39,781 nt of DNA, taken from Vicingaceae bacterium (GTDB lineage: Bacteria; Bacteroidota; Bacteroidia; Flavobacteriales_E; Vicingaceae). The notes below the pieces were generated by a model. It was not told where the DNA came from and made no database searches. It saw only the letters and a program-made list of their open reading frames with translations. This document shows positions 25,596-36,678 of this stretch, in pieces. The DNA lies in the NCBI GenBank assembly GCA_041603555.1, contig JBFIEB010000001.1, positions 1 through 39,781 on the forward strand. The letters are read 5' to 3'. Each line of letters begins with the position of its first letter. The first letter of the stretch is position 1. Both the position numbers and the translations under genes were made by a program.

Positions 25596-27757
25596 TATTT
25601 ACTCTCAAGCACTTTAAATTCAGTACGCCTATTCTTTTGTCTACCTTCTGGGTTATCACTTCCATCAGAGTTTGTATTATCGGCTATAGGTTTTTCTTCA
25701 CCATATCCTTTAGCTACCAATCTAGATTTAGAAATACCATTCTTGCTTAGATAGTCTGTTACAGATTGTGCTCTTCTTTGAGACAAACGATTATTGTAGG
25801 TTTTACTCATTTTGTCGTGAGCTTCTTTAGTGTAAGGAATTCCTTTACGTTTGAAGTTGCTTTTAGCCATTTCAACATTACGTTTAGCATCAGTATGGCT
25901 ACTAATTTCAACTTTAATATCTTTCTGTTCTTTCAATATAACTATCAATCTATCAAGCTCAACCTTAGATACTGGTCTTAATGTAGATTTATCAAAATCA
26001 TACTCAATATTATTCAACGTAAATGACCTTCCTGCTTCCATTGGTTTAAGCTCAATATCAGCTACTATATTATCCGTAAATAATGTATCGATAGTTTTTC
26101 CTTCTTTCTTTAATTCAGCCGCTAAAAGAGCCTCTAAAGTTGGGTCGTTTTCTACAATTAAGTTAGAATCACTATAAATTCTAAAATCTTTATGTAATAC
26201 AACATACTCTTTGATTTCATCTAACCTAACAGAATCCATTACAGTTTCACCACTTTCAAGGGCTACTTCAATCTCATAAATTCCTGGAGTTAATGCCATA
26301 ACATATTTGCCAGATTCAGAGTTAGAAACAAAACTACCTTCTAACTCACCCTCAACTTGTTTATACAAATGCATTACAGAACCCGTTGGAATATCATTAA
26401 AATATACTTTTCCTAAAAGTAAAGCCAAGACAGGCTTGTCAATTTTACCAGTTATAATTTTAAAAATATCTTGCTCACCTATACTATTTTCTCCACCTCC
26501 TGAATAATAACCAGTTTTTCCATCAGCAGCTAAAACAAAAAATCGATTATCATCAATTGTGTTAATTGGAAATCCTAAGTTTTTTGGGGCATCAAAACCT
26601 CCATAACCGTCAGAAACAGTCGAAAATATATCATAACCCCCTATGCTTGTATGCCCTTGTGAACTAAAAAACAAAGTGATATTATCTGGATGTATAAATG
26701 GATCATCGTCATTATACGCTGTGTTAATTTTTGGCCCTAGATTTTGAACATTTTCCCAACTTCCATCAGCCTGCAATTCTGCCTTATAAATATCTCTACC
26801 ACCAAACCCTCCTTCACGGTCACTGGTAAAATAGAGCACTTTTCCATTAGCAGACAAACTACAGCTACCTTCCCAACTTTTATTATGATTAACATCTCCG
26901 GTTAGTTTTTGAGGTTTTGTCCAATTCGCACCAACCAATCGACTCACATAAATATCACTTTTCCCTCCATCATCTTTATAGATAAACAATGTCTGCCCAT
27001 CTACAGATAATCCAATAGGAGCATCATGTTCTTTAGTATTAATATTATCGCCAATACTTTTTGGCTCCGTCCATTCCCCTTTTTCTTTATAAGAAATAAA
27101 CACATCTTCAAAGTATGCTTCAGACCCCATTGATAACTCTATTTCATCAGCTCCTTTACTTTTCACCCCTCTATAGGTAAAAATCATTACAGATTCATCT
27201 GCAGATATTACAGGAACATATTCCGAATATTGAGAATTTACTGGGTATTTAATATTTTCGACTACATTTTCATTTATAGTGTCAGCTAAAATTTCCTTGG
27301 CATTTTTACAATTATGTATCATTTGCTCAGCAAGTGCTTTTTGGCTCTCATCTTCTTCAGTAGCGTTTACTAAAAACATGTTAAACAAATTCACAGCCCT
27401 ATCAAAATCATAATTTACCGCATATGCTTTTGCCAAATAAAAATTACATAGATTATATTCAGGATTAGTAAGTTTAACTTGCTCAATTATTTCAATTGCT
27501 TTTTCCTTTTGATCAGGATCATAAGTGTAGCATATTCACATCATCAATTTGAAATACAAATCACTTGGCTTATAATTATACAATTGAGTAAATTGATCTA
27601 ATGCTTGAATATAATTTTTGTCTTCAAAATTAAGTTCAGCTTTTTCCAATAAGGTATTAGCTTCCTTTTTGGTAAGCTTTTTGTCTTCTTGAGCGCTTAC
27701 ATTGAAAGTAATAATTAATAACAATGAAATAGTTAATAATCTAAGTCCTGTTTTCAT
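25595..27757 (-). pseudogene. OmpA-family outer-membrane protein (signal peptide + TPR + PD40/TolB-like repeats + C-terminal OmpA domain) interrupted by one in-frame TGA at 27536-27538
   Basis: Track ORFs 27536..27757 (signal peptide MKTGLRLLTISLLLIITFNVSAQ plus a TPR) and 25595..27436 are in the same frame. The 33 codons between them (27437-27535) contain no stop and continue the TPR (ICYTYDPDQKEKAIEIIEQVKLTNPEYNLCNFY). PD40-like repeats are present (LFIYKDDGGKSDIYVS, LYFTSDREGGFGGRDIYKA, LFFSSQGHTSIGGYDIFS). The OmpA_C text is SSHTDAKRN...NNRLSQRRAQSVTDYL...AKGYGEEKPIA. Confidence 0.8.
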
Positions 27758-27842
27758 TTTCGTAATATTAATAATTGTTATTTTGCGTTGAAATAAATAA
27801 TTGCAAACATAAGCAAATCCTTAAGATAGTAAAATAGAAAGT

Positions 27843-30164
27843 TTGTATAATAACCCAACAATAATCACCCACTTAAAACTACCTTTAATCTTTCTAGGAA
27901 TTATCTTACTCTTTTCTAGTTGTAATCCTACTAAATATGTTAAGCCAAACGAATTATTTCTAAAAAAAACTAAGGTAAAAGTTGATACTCGTAAAATTAA
28001 TCAGGATCAAATTGAAACAATTATAAAACAAAAACCAAATAGAAAAATCTTAGGTCTTTTCAGATTTCATTTAGGAGTTAACAACTTATTTAAGGAAGAA
28101 AGTGAAAATAAAATAAAGTTAAACGTAGGGGAATTGCCTGTAATTTATGATTCTCTTTTAACAGAAAAATCTGTAACCCAATTAAAAATTTATGTCAATA
28201 ATAAAGGCTATTTTGATAATCAAGTCTCCTACAAAACTAAAATTCATAAAAACAAAATAAAAATTGAATACAATATTACGGCAGGAGAAGCCTACACTAT
28301 AAAAAAAACAGATTACATAGTGGAAGATGAGGCGATGAAAAAGAATCAACTGTTTCTTCTAAAAACAATTTTAAAACTCCATCCTGGATCTGTATTTGAT
28401 ATTGATGTTTTAGATGCTGAGAGAGAGAGAATAAAAACAGAACTGAAAAATCAGGGGTATTATTATTTCACCAAAGAATATATAAAATACAAAGTTGATA
28501 CTGCTGTTGGCGATAAACAAGTAGCGGTTTACTTATATATTAAAAAACAAAAAATAGAGGATCAAATTAATGATACTATTATTGAGGCAAATCACAGTAA
28601 ATACAATATAAACAATGTCAATGTTTACTTAAGTAAAAACTTTAAGGATAAGGACAAAGAAGATTTTGACACCCTTTCTTTTAAGAATATAATGGTTCGA
28701 TTTGATACGTCAAACGGTAATAAACTGAAATATAGACCTCGAATGCTTAACCATGCAATAAGTTTAAAAAAAGGGGAGCTGTACTTGTTGGATAATCAAC
28801 AGTATACCTACAAACATTTATCTGAACTTAGGTTGTTTAAAAACATAAGTGTATCCTACGAAGACATTGGAAACAATAAATTGAACACTAATCTTTTCCT
28901 CACTCCTTCATTAACAAAATCTTTCTCTATAGAGGGTATTGGTACAAATAGTGGTGGGAATTTAGGTGTCGAAGGCAATCTAATATATCAAAATAAAAAC
29001 TTGTTTCATGGAGGAGAACATCTTACTGCTAAGTTAAATGGTGGGCTGGAAATACAACAGTTAATTAACCAGGAACAAGAAGAAGAAACAAATTTTTTAG
29101 GTGTTTTCAACACGATAGAATTTGGACCTGAATTAAACCTTGAATTTCCAAGGTTTTTATTACCTATTAATTTAGAAAAATTCTCAATAAGGGCAAACCC
29201 AAAAACGAATTTGAATTTATTGCTAAATTTTCAAAAGCGTCCAGAATACACGAGGAATCTAACTCAATTTACTTTTGGTTATTTCTGGAAGGAGTCTAAA
29301 TATAAAAAGCACTACGTAACACCTATAAATGTTAGTGTAATTGATCTGGAACCAACAACTGAATTTCAAGAAAAATTAGATCAGGAGAATAATCCATTTA
29401 TACTAAATAGTTACAAAGACCACTTTATTAATTCTACAACTTATAGTTTTATTTTTAATAACCAAAGCATTAACAAGTCTCGTGATTTTATATATTTTAA
29501 ATTTAATGCAGAATTTGCTGGAAACATTCAATACTATTTTAGTCAGCTTACCAATAAACCCTTTGATGATCCTGAAACTGAAAGCTACAAAGTTTTTAAC
29601 ATTAGGTATGCCCAATTTATTAAAACAGACTTAGATCTTCGGTTTTATTCCCAATCAAAATCCACCTCTTTCGTACAAAGGATTAATATTGGTGTTGGGG
29701 TACCTTATAAAAACTTAAATGTTCTTCCTTTTGAAAAAAGTTACTATGGAGGTGGTGCAAATGGTATTAGAGCATGGCAAGCCCGATCATTGGGGCCTGG
29801 ATCATTGGCAGATAGTTTAACTATTAATTCGCTAAACCAAATAGGTGAATTAAAAATAGAGGGAAATGCTGAATATCGATTTGATTTAACAAAACTTGTT
29901 GAGGGTGCAGTATTTGTAGATGCTGGAAATATTTGGATTTTAACAGAAGATGAAAATCGACCTAAAGCTGAATTTAAGCCAGAAAAATTTTGGAGAGATA
30001 TTGCTATTGGTGTTGGTGTTGGATTAAGGTTAGATTTCAACTTCTTTTTAATTAGATTTGATTTAGCATCCAAATTAAAAGACCCTGCTAGTAGTACTCC
30101 TGAAAAGTTTGATTTGATTTGGAATAAACCCACCTTGAACCTTGGTATAGGTTACCCCTTTTAA
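27843..30164 (+). CDS. Omp85 (BamA/TamA) family outer-membrane protein, lipoprotein-type signal
   Basis: 773 aa with a TTG start and the lipobox LLFSSC. The C-terminal surface-antigen barrel text is YYGGGANGIRAWQARSLGPGS, GNAEYRF, VFVDAGNIW and GVGVGLRLDFNFFLIRFDLA, ending in ...GIGYPF. Confidence 0.85.
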   Translation: MYNNPTIITHLKLPLIFLGIILLFSSCNPTKYVKPNELFLKKTKVKVDTRKINQDQIETIIKQKPNRKILGLFRFHLGVNNLFKEESENKIKLNVGELPVIYDSLLTEKSVTQLKIYVNNKGYFDNQVSYKTKIHKNKIKIEYNITAGEAYTIKKTDYIVEDEAMKKNQLFLLKTILKLHPGSVFDIDVLDAERERIKTELKNQGYYYFTKEYIKYKVDTAVGDKQVAVYLYIKKQKIEDQINDTIIEANHSKYNINNVNVYLSKNFKDKDKEDFDTLSFKNIMVRFDTSNGNKLKYRPRMLNHAISLKKGELYLLDNQQYTYKHLSELRLFKNISVSYEDIGNNKLNTNLFLTPSLTKSFSIEGIGTNSGGNLGVEGNLIYQNKNLFHGGEHLTAKLNGGLEIQQLINQEQEEETNFLGVFNTIEFGPELNLEFPRFLLPINLEKFSIRANPKTNLNLLLNFQKRPEYTRNLTQFTFGYFWKESKYKKHYVTPINVSVIDLEPTTEFQEKLDQENNPFILNSYKDHFINSTTYSFIFNNQSINKSRDFIYFKFNAEFAGNIQYYFSQLTNKPFDDPETESYKVFNIRYAQFIKTDLDLRFYSQSKSTSFVQRINIGVGVPYKNLNVLPFEKSYYGGGANGIRAWQARSLGPGSLADSLTINSLNQIGELKIEGNAEYRFDLTKLVEGAVFVDAGNIWILTEDENRPKAEFKPEKFWRDIAIGVGVGLRLDFNFFLIRFDLASKLKDPASSTPEKFDLIWNKPTLNLGIGYPF

Positions 30165-30263
30165 TTCTTGTCTTCACATTATATAATGAATCATCAAACA
30201 TCTATTCATAAATATTTTTATTAATTTCTCACTTAAGAAAGGCAGCAACTTTTAATTTTATAT

Positions 30264-30271
30264 TAACTTTG
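30264..30271 (+). promoter_or_regulatory. -7 box (TAACTTTG) upstream of fba
   Basis: Matches TAnnTTTG and ends 20 nt before ATG 30292. Confidence 0.35.
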
Positions 30272-30291
30272 ATGTCCTAAATTTATTTAAA

Positions 30292-31359
30292 ATGAGTGGA
30301 ACAATAAAGTCTGGAGTTGTATTTGGAGATGATATTCAAAAGGTATTTCAATTAGCAAAGGAGAAAAAATTTGCACTTCCTGCTGTGAATGTTATTGGGA
30401 ATAATTCTGTAAATGCGGTACTAGAAACAGCAAGAGATTTAAACGCTCCTGTAATTATTCAATTTTCTAATGGTGGTGGACATTTTAATGCTGGAAAAGG
30501 ATTAAATAATGAAAATCAGGAGGCTGCAATTACCGGATCTATTGCTGGTGCTTTGCATGTACATTTATTATCAGAAAAATATGGTATTCCTGTTATTCTA
30601 CATACCGATCATTGTGCAAAGAAATTATTACCGTGGATAGATGGTCTTTTGAAAGTTGGAGAGGAACATTTTTCAACTACCGGAAAGCCTTTATACAGTT
30701 CTCATATGATAGATTTATCTGAAGAACCGATTAAAGAAAATATTGAGATTTGTAAAGCTTACCTCGAAAGAATGGATAAAATAGGAATGACTTTGGAAAT
30801 AGAGTTGGGAATTACTGGTGGCGAAGAAGATGGTGTTGACAATACAGACGTAGACAATAGTCTATTATATACTCAGCCGGAGGAAGTAGCGTATGCTTAT
30901 GAAGAATTATCCAAGATTAGCAATAGGTTTACTATAGCGGCAGCATTTGGAAATGTTCATGGTGTTTATAAACCAGGAAACGTGAAGCTAACTCCTATTA
31001 TTTTAAAAAATTCTCAGGAATATATACAGGAGAAATACAATACAGAGGTTAATCCAATTAATTTTGTTTTTCATGGTGGATCTGGATCTAGTGTTGAAGA
31101 AATTCGAGAGGCAATATCTTATGGTGTTATTAAAATGAATATTGATACAGATATGCAGTATGCATTTACTGCTGGCGTAAGAGACTATATAACTGAGAAA
31201 ATAGATTACCTGCAATCACAAATTGGTAATCCTGAAGGAAATGAACTGCCAAACAAAAAATATTATGATCCTAGAAAATGGTTGCGTGAAGGAGAATTAA
31301 CTTTTAAAGCTAGATTAAAACAGGCTTTCGAAGATTTAAATAATGTGAATACATTATAG
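30292..31359 (+). CDS. fbaA: Class II fructose-bisphosphate aldolase
   Basis: 355 aa with ALPAVNV, HTDHC, LEIELGITGGEEDGV and FVFHGGSGS motifs. Confidence 0.95.
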   Translation: MSGTIKSGVVFGDDIQKVFQLAKEKKFALPAVNVIGNNSVNAVLETARDLNAPVIIQFSNGGGHFNAGKGLNNENQEAAITGSIAGALHVHLLSEKYGIPVILHTDHCAKKLLPWIDGLLKVGEEHFSTTGKPLYSSHMIDLSEEPIKENIEICKAYLERMDKIGMTLEIELGITGGEEDGVDNTDVDNSLLYTQPEEVAYAYEELSKISNRFTIAAAFGNVHGVYKPGNVKLTPIILKNSQEYIQEKYNTEVNPINFVFHGGSGSSVEEIREAISYGVIKMNIDTDMQYAFTAGVRDYITEKIDYLQSQIGNPEGNELPNKKYYDPRKWLREGELTFKARLKQAFEDLNNVNTL

Positions 31360-31385
31360 TCTAGAAATTTTATACATGTAAGGAT

Positions 31386-32231
31386 ATGGCTTGGTTTAAA
31401 CGAAGAACAAAAGGAGTAGTTACTCCTACAAAAGAAAAGAAAGAAACTCCAGAAGGTTTATGGTTTAAATGCCCAGAATGTAAAAATGTAATATCTAATG
31501 AAGAATACATTGATAACTTAAGCACATGTATTGACTGTGGATATCATGGAAGAATCGATTCAAAAGCATACTTTAAGATTCTTTTTGATAATAACAAGTA
31601 TGAAGAATTAAATTCAAATTTAACTTCTGGAGACCCACTAAACTTTACAGATACTAAAAAATATACTGATAGAATTGCAGCTACACAAAAGAAAAGTGAT
31701 TTGAAAGATGCTATTAGAACAGCGTTTGGGAAAATAGATAAGCAAAATATTGTTATAGCTTGTATGGATTTTAGTTTTATTGGTGGTTCTATGGGTTCTG
31801 TTGTAGGTGAAAAAATAGCAAGAGCTATCGATTATTCAATTGAAACTAGAACTCCTTTTCTAATGATTTCAAAATCCGGAGGAGCAAGAATGATGGAAGC
31901 CGCTTACTCATTAATGCAGATGGCTAAAACATCTGCTAAACTTTCACTGCTAAGCAAAGCGAAAATCCCGTATATTTCATTATTAACAGATCCAACAACT
32001 GGTGGTGTCACTGCCTCTTATGCCATGCTAGGAGATATAAATATTGCCGAACCAGGTGCTTTAATTGCTTTTGCAGGTCCTAGGGTTGTTAAAGAAACCA
32101 TAGGCAAAGATTTACCAGCAGGCTTTCAAACATCCGAGTTTGTTCAAGAACATGGGTTTTTAGATTACATTGTATCAAGAAACGAGCTTAAAGAAAAAAT
32201 CTCCTTGTCTATCAAATTATTTAACAATTAG
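31386..32231 (+). CDS. accD: Acetyl-CoA carboxylase carboxyltransferase beta subunit
   Basis: 281 aa. The N-terminal Zn ribbon is CPECKNV...[18 protein letters not shown] and SGGARMMEA are also present. Confidence 0.95.
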   Translation: MAWFKRRTKGVVTPTKEKKETPEGLWFKCPECKNVISNEEYIDNLSTCIDCGYHGRIDSKAYFKILFDNNKYEELNSNLTSGDPLNFTDTKKYTDRIAATQKKSDLKDAIRTAFGKIDKQNIVIACMDFSFIGGSMGSVVGEKIARAIDYSIETRTPFLMISKSGGARMMEAAYSLMQMAKTSAKLSLLSKAKIPYISLLTDPTTGGVTASYAMLGDINIAEPGALIAFAGPRVVKETIGKDLPAGFQTSEFVQEHGFLDYIVSRNELKEKISLSIKLFNN

Positions 32232-32253
32232 GCTGTTATATAGATTATTTGTA

Positions 32254-32261
32254 TACATTTG
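32254..32261 (+). promoter_or_regulatory. -7 box (TACATTTG) upstream of rpsO
   Basis: Matches TAnnTTTG, 45 nt before ATG 32307. Confidence 0.35.
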
Positions 32262-32306
32262 CAACCTTAAAATTTATACATAATAAACATTAAAATTAAT
32301 TTTGGC

Positions 32307-32576
32307 ATGTATTTAACAGCAGAAAAAAAAACAGAAATTTTTAAAAAATTTGGTGGTGATGTAAAAAACACAGGATCTACCGAAGGTCAAATTGCATTAT
32401 TTACTCACAGGATTAACCATCTAACTGACCACTTAAAAAATAACAAGAAAGACTTTGGGACACAAAAAGCGTTGCTAGACCTAGTTGGTAAAAGAAAAAG
32501 TTTGCTAACTTATTACATGAATAAAGATATTGTTAAGTATCGTGAGTTAATCAAAGAATTAGGAATTAGAAAATAA
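32307..32576 (+). CDS. rpsO: 30S ribosomal protein S15
   Basis: 89 aa: MYLTAEKKTEIFKKFGGDVKNTGSTEGQIALFTHRINHLTDHLK...RRKSLLxY-type text. Confidence 0.97.
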   Translation: MYLTAEKKTEIFKKFGGDVKNTGSTEGQIALFTHRINHLTDHLKNNKKDFGTQKALLDLVGKRKSLLTYYMNKDIVKYRELIKELGIRK

Positions 32577-32614
32577 GTATTGGAAATCAGTACTATTTTA
32601 CATCATGAAATTTA

Positions 32615-32649
32615 GGGGGGCACACAATTTTATTGTACTCCCCTTTTTT
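32615..32649 (+). terminator. Terminator/attenuator hairpin between rpsO and pnp
   Basis: GGGGGG...CACAAT / ATTGT..CCCC forms an imperfect stem followed by TTTTTT (32644-32649). Confidence 0.5.
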
Positions 32650-32667
32650 ATTATAAATTAAAAACAA

Positions 32668-32686
32668 GAGATGCATGGTGCATCTC
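32668..32686 (+). promoter_or_regulatory. Perfect 8-bp hairpin in the pnp 5' leader
   Basis: GAGATGCA-TGG-TGCATCTC, ending 36 nt upstream of the likely pnp ATG (32723). Confidence 0.35.
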
Positions 32687-32722
32687 AGTATAAATCGCAC
32701 AGAAAGTGCACAAATAAAAATT

Positions 32723-34861
32723 ATGTCAAAAATTGGAATTACAAAATCCTATGCATTAGGTGATGGAAGGACCATCGAAATTGAAACAGGTAAATTAGCA
32801 AAACAAGCTCATGGATCTGTAGTACTAACTATGGGTAAAACTATGTTGCTGGCAACAGTAGTATCTGATAAAGATGCAGGAGAAGATATGGATTTTTTAC
32901 CTTTAACTGTAGATTACAAAGAAAAATTTGCTGCTTCAGGGAAAATTCCTGGAGGTTTCTTAAAAAGAGAAGCAAGACCAAATGATAATGAAGTACTAGT
33001 ATGCAGATTAATAGATAGAGCACTTCGCCCATTATTCCCAGATGATTACCATTCGAATACACAAGTTCAAGTGCAATTAATATCATATGATGAAGAAGTG
33101 AAACCAGATGCTCTTGCATGTTTAGCTGCATCAGCCGCTATTGCAGTATCTGATATACCATTTAATGGACCAACATCTGAAGTTAGAGTTGGTAAAATAG
33201 ATGGAAATTGGGTGATTAACCCAAGTGCGTCTCAAATGAAAAATTCCAATGTTGATTTGATTGTTGCTGCAACTATGGATAATATTATGATGGTTGAAGG
33301 TGAAATGCTAGAAATTTCTGAAGCAGAAATGCTAGATGGAATTAAAGCAGCTCACATTGAAATTAAAAAACAATGTCAACTACAACTAGATCTTGCTGCT
33401 GAAGTTGAAAAAGCTAAAACTAAAAGAGAATATAATCATGAAAGAAGCAACGATGAAATGTTTAACAACCTTAAGGCTGCTTGTTATGACAAATGTTATG
33501 TTATTGCAGGAGAATCTATTGCTGATAAAGCAATTAGAGGAAAAAAGTTTGGTGCTGTTAAAGACGAATTTGTAGCTACTTTATCTGAAGAAGATCAAGC
33601 TGATAAATTTCTTATTAGTCAATACTTTAAGAAAGTTCAGAAGGATGCCATAAGAAGAGTAATGTTGGATGAAGGGAAAAGATTAGATGGACGAAAAATG
33701 GATGAAATTCGCCCTATTTGGAGTGAAGTAGATTACTTGCCAGCAGCACATGGATCTGCATTGTTTACAAGAGGGGAAACTCAATCACTTACAACCGTTA
33801 CCTTGGGTAATGAAAGGGACGCCAAAATGATTGACGAAGTTACTCAAGATGGATCTGAAAAATTCATGTTACATTACAACTTCCCTTCTTTCTCAACAGG
33901 TGAAGCCCGTTTTAAAGGTGGGGTTAGCCGTAGAGAAGTTGGTCATGGTAATTTAGCATTAAGAGCTATTAAACCAATGCTTCCAGAAGGCGAAGACAAT
34001 CCATATACTATTAGAATAGTATCTGAAATATTAGAATCAAACGGTTCATCATCAATGGCAACTGTATGTGCCGGCACATTAGCATTAATGGATGCTGGTA
34101 TTAAGATGAAGAAACCAGTATCTGGAATTGCGATGGGATTGATTACTGATGGTGGAAATGACAAATTCGCTGTATTATCCGATATTTTAGGTGATGAAGA
34201 TCATTTAGGTGATATGGATTTTAAAGTAACTGGAACTGTAGATGGTATTACTGCCTGTCAAATGGATATTAAGGTAGATGGATTACCTTACGAAATTTTA
34301 GAACAAGCCCTAAACCAAGCAAAAGATGGTAGATTGCACATCTTAGGTGAAATGGCTAAGACACTTGCTACTCCAAATACCGAATTAAAACCTCATACCC
34401 CAAGGATAGTTCAAATTACTATTCCTAAAGAAATGATTGGAGCTGTAATTGGACCTGGAGGAAAAATCATTCAAGAGATTCAAGCAACTACTGGTGCAAC
34501 AATTACTGTCGAAGAAGTTGATAACACTGGGGTTGTTTCTATTATGACAAATGATGGAGATGCTAGTGACGCTGCTTTAGCTAAAATTAAAGCCATTACA
34601 GCTATTCCTGAAGTTGGAGAGGTTTACACAGGAAAAGTAAAGTCTATTACTAACTTTGGAGCCTTTGTTGAAATAATTCCTGGTAAAGATGGCTTATTAC
34701 ATATTTCTGAAATCAGACATGAAAGAGTTGAAAAAGTTGAAGATGTATTAAAAGAAGGTGAAGAGATAGATGTAAAGCTAATTGCAGTAGATCCTAAAAC
34801 TGGTAAACTGAAATTATCAAGAAAGGTTTTATTGGATAAACCTGAGAGACAAGAGGCCTAA
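32723..34861 (+). CDS. pnp: Polyribonucleotide nucleotidyltransferase (PNPase)
   Basis: There are two RNase PH domains ([41 protein letters not shown]), a KH domain ([16 protein letters not shown]) and an S1 domain ([15 protein letters not shown]). ATG 32723 ([10 protein letters not shown]...) fits the conserved N-terminus better than the track start at 32675. Confidence 0.97.
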   Translation: MSKIGITKSYALGDGRTIEIETGKLAKQAHGSVVLTMGKTMLLATVVSDKDAGEDMDFLPLTVDYKEKFAASGKIPGGFLKREARPNDNEVLVCRLIDRALRPLFPDDYHSNTQVQVQLISYDEEVKPDALACLAASAAIAVSDIPFNGPTSEVRVGKIDGNWVINPSASQMKNSNVDLIVAATMDNIMMVEGEMLEISEAEMLDGIKAAHIEIKKQCQLQLDLAAEVEKAKTKREYNHERSNDEMFNNLKAACYDKCYVIAGESIADKAIRGKKFGAVKDEFVATLSEEDQADKFLISQYFKKVQKDAIRRVMLDEGKRLDGRKMDEIRPIWSEVDYLPAAHGSALFTRGETQSLTTVTLGNERDAKMIDEVTQDGSEKFMLHYNFPSFSTGEARFKGGVSRREVGHGNLALRAIKPMLPEGEDNPYTIRIVSEILESNGSSSMATVCAGTLALMDAGIKMKKPVSGIAMGLITDGGNDKFAVLSDILGDEDHLGDMDFKVTGTVDGITACQMDIKVDGLPYEILEQALNQAKDGRLHILGEMAKTLATPNTELKPHTPRIVQITIPKEMIGAVIGPGGKIIQEIQATTGATITVEEVDNTGVVSIMTNDGDASDAALAKIKAITAIPEVGEVYTGKVKSITNFGAFVEIIPGKDGLLHISEIRHERVEKVEDVLKEGEEIDVKLIAVDPKTGKLKLSRKVLLDKPERQEA

Positions 34862-34882
34862 TATTCCTTCATGAATTGTCTT

Positions 34883-34915
34883 AAAAGCCCTTTGTATAGT
34901 TACAAAGGGCTTTTT
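34883..34915 (+). terminator. Rho-independent terminator after pnp
   Basis: AAAAGCCCTTTGTA-TAGT-TACAAAGGGCTTTT followed by a T run. Confidence 0.75.
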
Positions 34916-34996
34916 ATTTATAACTTTTTGAGATAACTGTAACTTTATAATAGATGAATCGTATCTTACGTTAGACAAAACATCTTAAACAAGTTT

Positions 34997-35866
34997 ATGA
35001 GACAACTTAAAATTACGAAGCAGGTTACCAATCGCGAAACAATTTCATTAGATAAATACCTTCATGATATTTCAAAAGTAGGATTAGTTACAGCAGAAGA
35101 GGAAGCCGAATTGGCCAAATTAATAAGGGATGGTGATAAAGATGCTCTAGAAAAATTAACAAAGGCTAATTTAAGGTTTGTTGTTTCAGTAGCGAAACAA
35201 TATCAAAATCAGGGCTTAAATTTATCTGATTTAATTAATGAAGGTAATATTGGTTTGATTAAAGCCGCTCAACGTTTTGATGAAACACGTGGTTTTAAAT
35301 TCATTTCTTATGCTGTTTGGTGGATAAGACAAAGTATAATGCAAGCTATTGCCGAACAGGCAAGAATAGTGAGATTACCACTTAACAAGATTGGTAGTAT
35401 TACTAAAATAAACAGAACATTTTCTCAATTAGAACAATTACACGAGAGAGAACCTTCTGTTGATGAAGTTGCAGAAATGTTAAAAATAAGCTCTGATGAA
35501 GTAAAAGATTCCCTAACAATTTCTGGAAGACATGTTTCTGTTGATGCCCCTTTGTCTTCTGAAGAAGAAAGCAATACGATGTTAGATGTATTAACTGAAA
35601 ATGAGGGCATATTAAATCCTGATAAACAGTTAATGACTGAGTCTTTAAGAAATGAAATAGAGCGCTCTCTTTCTACATTATCTTATAGAGAAGCTGAAGT
35701 TTTGCGAATGTATTTTGGAATTAATTGTAAATCACCTTTAACTTTAGAAGAAATTGGCGAAGAATTTGAACTCACAAGAGAGCGAGTAAGGCAGATAAAA
35801 GAAAAAGCATTGAGAAAATTAAAGCATACATCTCGATGCAAACTATTAAAATCCTATTTAGGATAA
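34997..35866 (+). CDS. rpoD: Primary RNA polymerase sigma factor (Bacteroidota sigma-A type)
   Basis: 289 aa. Region 2 is [38 protein letters not shown]...[11 protein letters not shown]. Region 4 is [27 protein letters not shown]. The long region 1.1 of proteobacterial RpoD is absent. Confidence 0.95.
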   Translation: MRQLKITKQVTNRETISLDKYLHDISKVGLVTAEEEAELAKLIRDGDKDALEKLTKANLRFVVSVAKQYQNQGLNLSDLINEGNIGLIKAAQRFDETRGFKFISYAVWWIRQSIMQAIAEQARIVRLPLNKIGSITKINRTFSQLEQLHEREPSVDEVAEMLKISSDEVKDSLTISGRHVSVDAPLSSEEESNTMLDVLTENEGILNPDKQLMTESLRNEIERSLSTLSYREAEVLRMYFGINCKSPLTLEEIGEEFELTRERVRQIKEKALRKLKHTSRCKLLKSYLG

Positions 35867-35888
35867 GTTCAAAAGTCTCAATTAATTT

Positions 35889-35917
35889 AAGCGAATGTTG
35901 AAAACATTCGCTTTTTT
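35889..35917 (+). terminator. Rho-independent terminator after rpoD
   Basis: AAGCGAATGTT-GAA-AACATTCGCTT followed by TTTTTT. Confidence 0.75.
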
Positions 35918-35970
35918 AATTTTAACCCACCTACTCTTTTTATAAATTTGTAAAACAATTCTTAATTTTT

Positions 35971-36621
35971 ATGTCACATTTAATAGCTCCATCAATTTTA
36001 GCATCAGATTTTTCAAATCTACAAAGCGAAAGTGAAATGCTTGATAAAAGTAATGCTGATTGGTTTCACATTGATGTAATGGACGGTGTTTTTGTTCCAA
36101 ATATTTCTTTTGGTATGCCTGTGATAAAAGCTATTAAAAAATATTCAGACAAGCCATTTGATGTGCATCTAATGATTGTTGAACCAGAAAAATACATTAA
36201 TGATTTCGCAGCTGTAGGAGCGGACATATTAACCGTCCACTATGAAGTTTGTAATCACTTACATAGAACCACGCAAGAAATACATGCTGCAGGAATGAAA
36301 GCCGGAGTTGCTTTAAATCCACATACCAGTATAAATGTGCTAAAAGATATTATTCAAGAAATCGATTTGGTTTGCGTTATGTCTGTAAACCCAGGCTTTG
36401 GTGGGCAGTCATTTATTGAAAATACGTATAATAAAGTAATTGACTTGAAAGAAATGATTACTCAAAAAAAATCTAATGCCTTAATTGAAATTGATGGTGG
36501 TGTTACCTCTAATAATGCCAAAAAATTACTCGATTGTGGAGCTAATGTTTTAGTCGCAGGTAGTTTCGTTTTTAAATCTGAAAACCCAGCAAAGACTATA
36601 AATGAACTCAAAATACTTTAA
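35971..36621 (+). CDS. rpe: Ribulose-phosphate 3-epimerase
   Basis: 216 aa with APSILASDF, HIDVMDGVFVPN, DVHLM, MSVNPGFGGQ and EIDGG motifs. Confidence 0.95.
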   Translation: MSHLIAPSILASDFSNLQSESEMLDKSNADWFHIDVMDGVFVPNISFGMPVIKAIKKYSDKPFDVHLMIVEPEKYINDFAAVGADILTVHYEVCNHLHRTTQEIHAAGMKAGVALNPHTSINVLKDIIQEIDLVCVMSVNPGFGGQSFIENTYNKVIDLKEMITQKKSNALIEIDGGVTSNNAKKLLDCGANVLVAGSFVFKSENPAKTINELKIL

Positions 36622-36678
36622 TTTTTAAATTAATTATTTGTTGTTATCTTTGAGCCCAAACTTTATATTTTTTGATAT

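Noticed and set aside
27536-27538. Possibility that TGA is globally reassigned (code 4 Trp or code 25 Gly). The idea arose because the in-frame TGA sits at a likely Gly position and TGA is almost unused as a stop here.
   Set aside because: About 12,000 codons of conserved genes in this window (rpsA, pnp, htpG, rpoD, accD and others) are full length under the standard code, with no other internal TGA. A reassigned codon would appear repeatedly. Rare TGA stops are expected in AT-rich genomes. The lineage markers are Bacteroidota, not Gracilibacteria/SR1 or Mollicutes.
27758-27842. Gene orientation switches here, mostly minus strand to the left and all plus strand to the right up to 38.4 kb. This could mimic a replication origin.
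   Set aside because: The spacer is only 85 bp. I see no DnaA-box (TTATCCACA-like) clusters or AT-rich unwinding repeats, and no dnaA/dnaN nearby. Several plus-strand genes lie to the left. A simple divergent promoter region explains the pattern.
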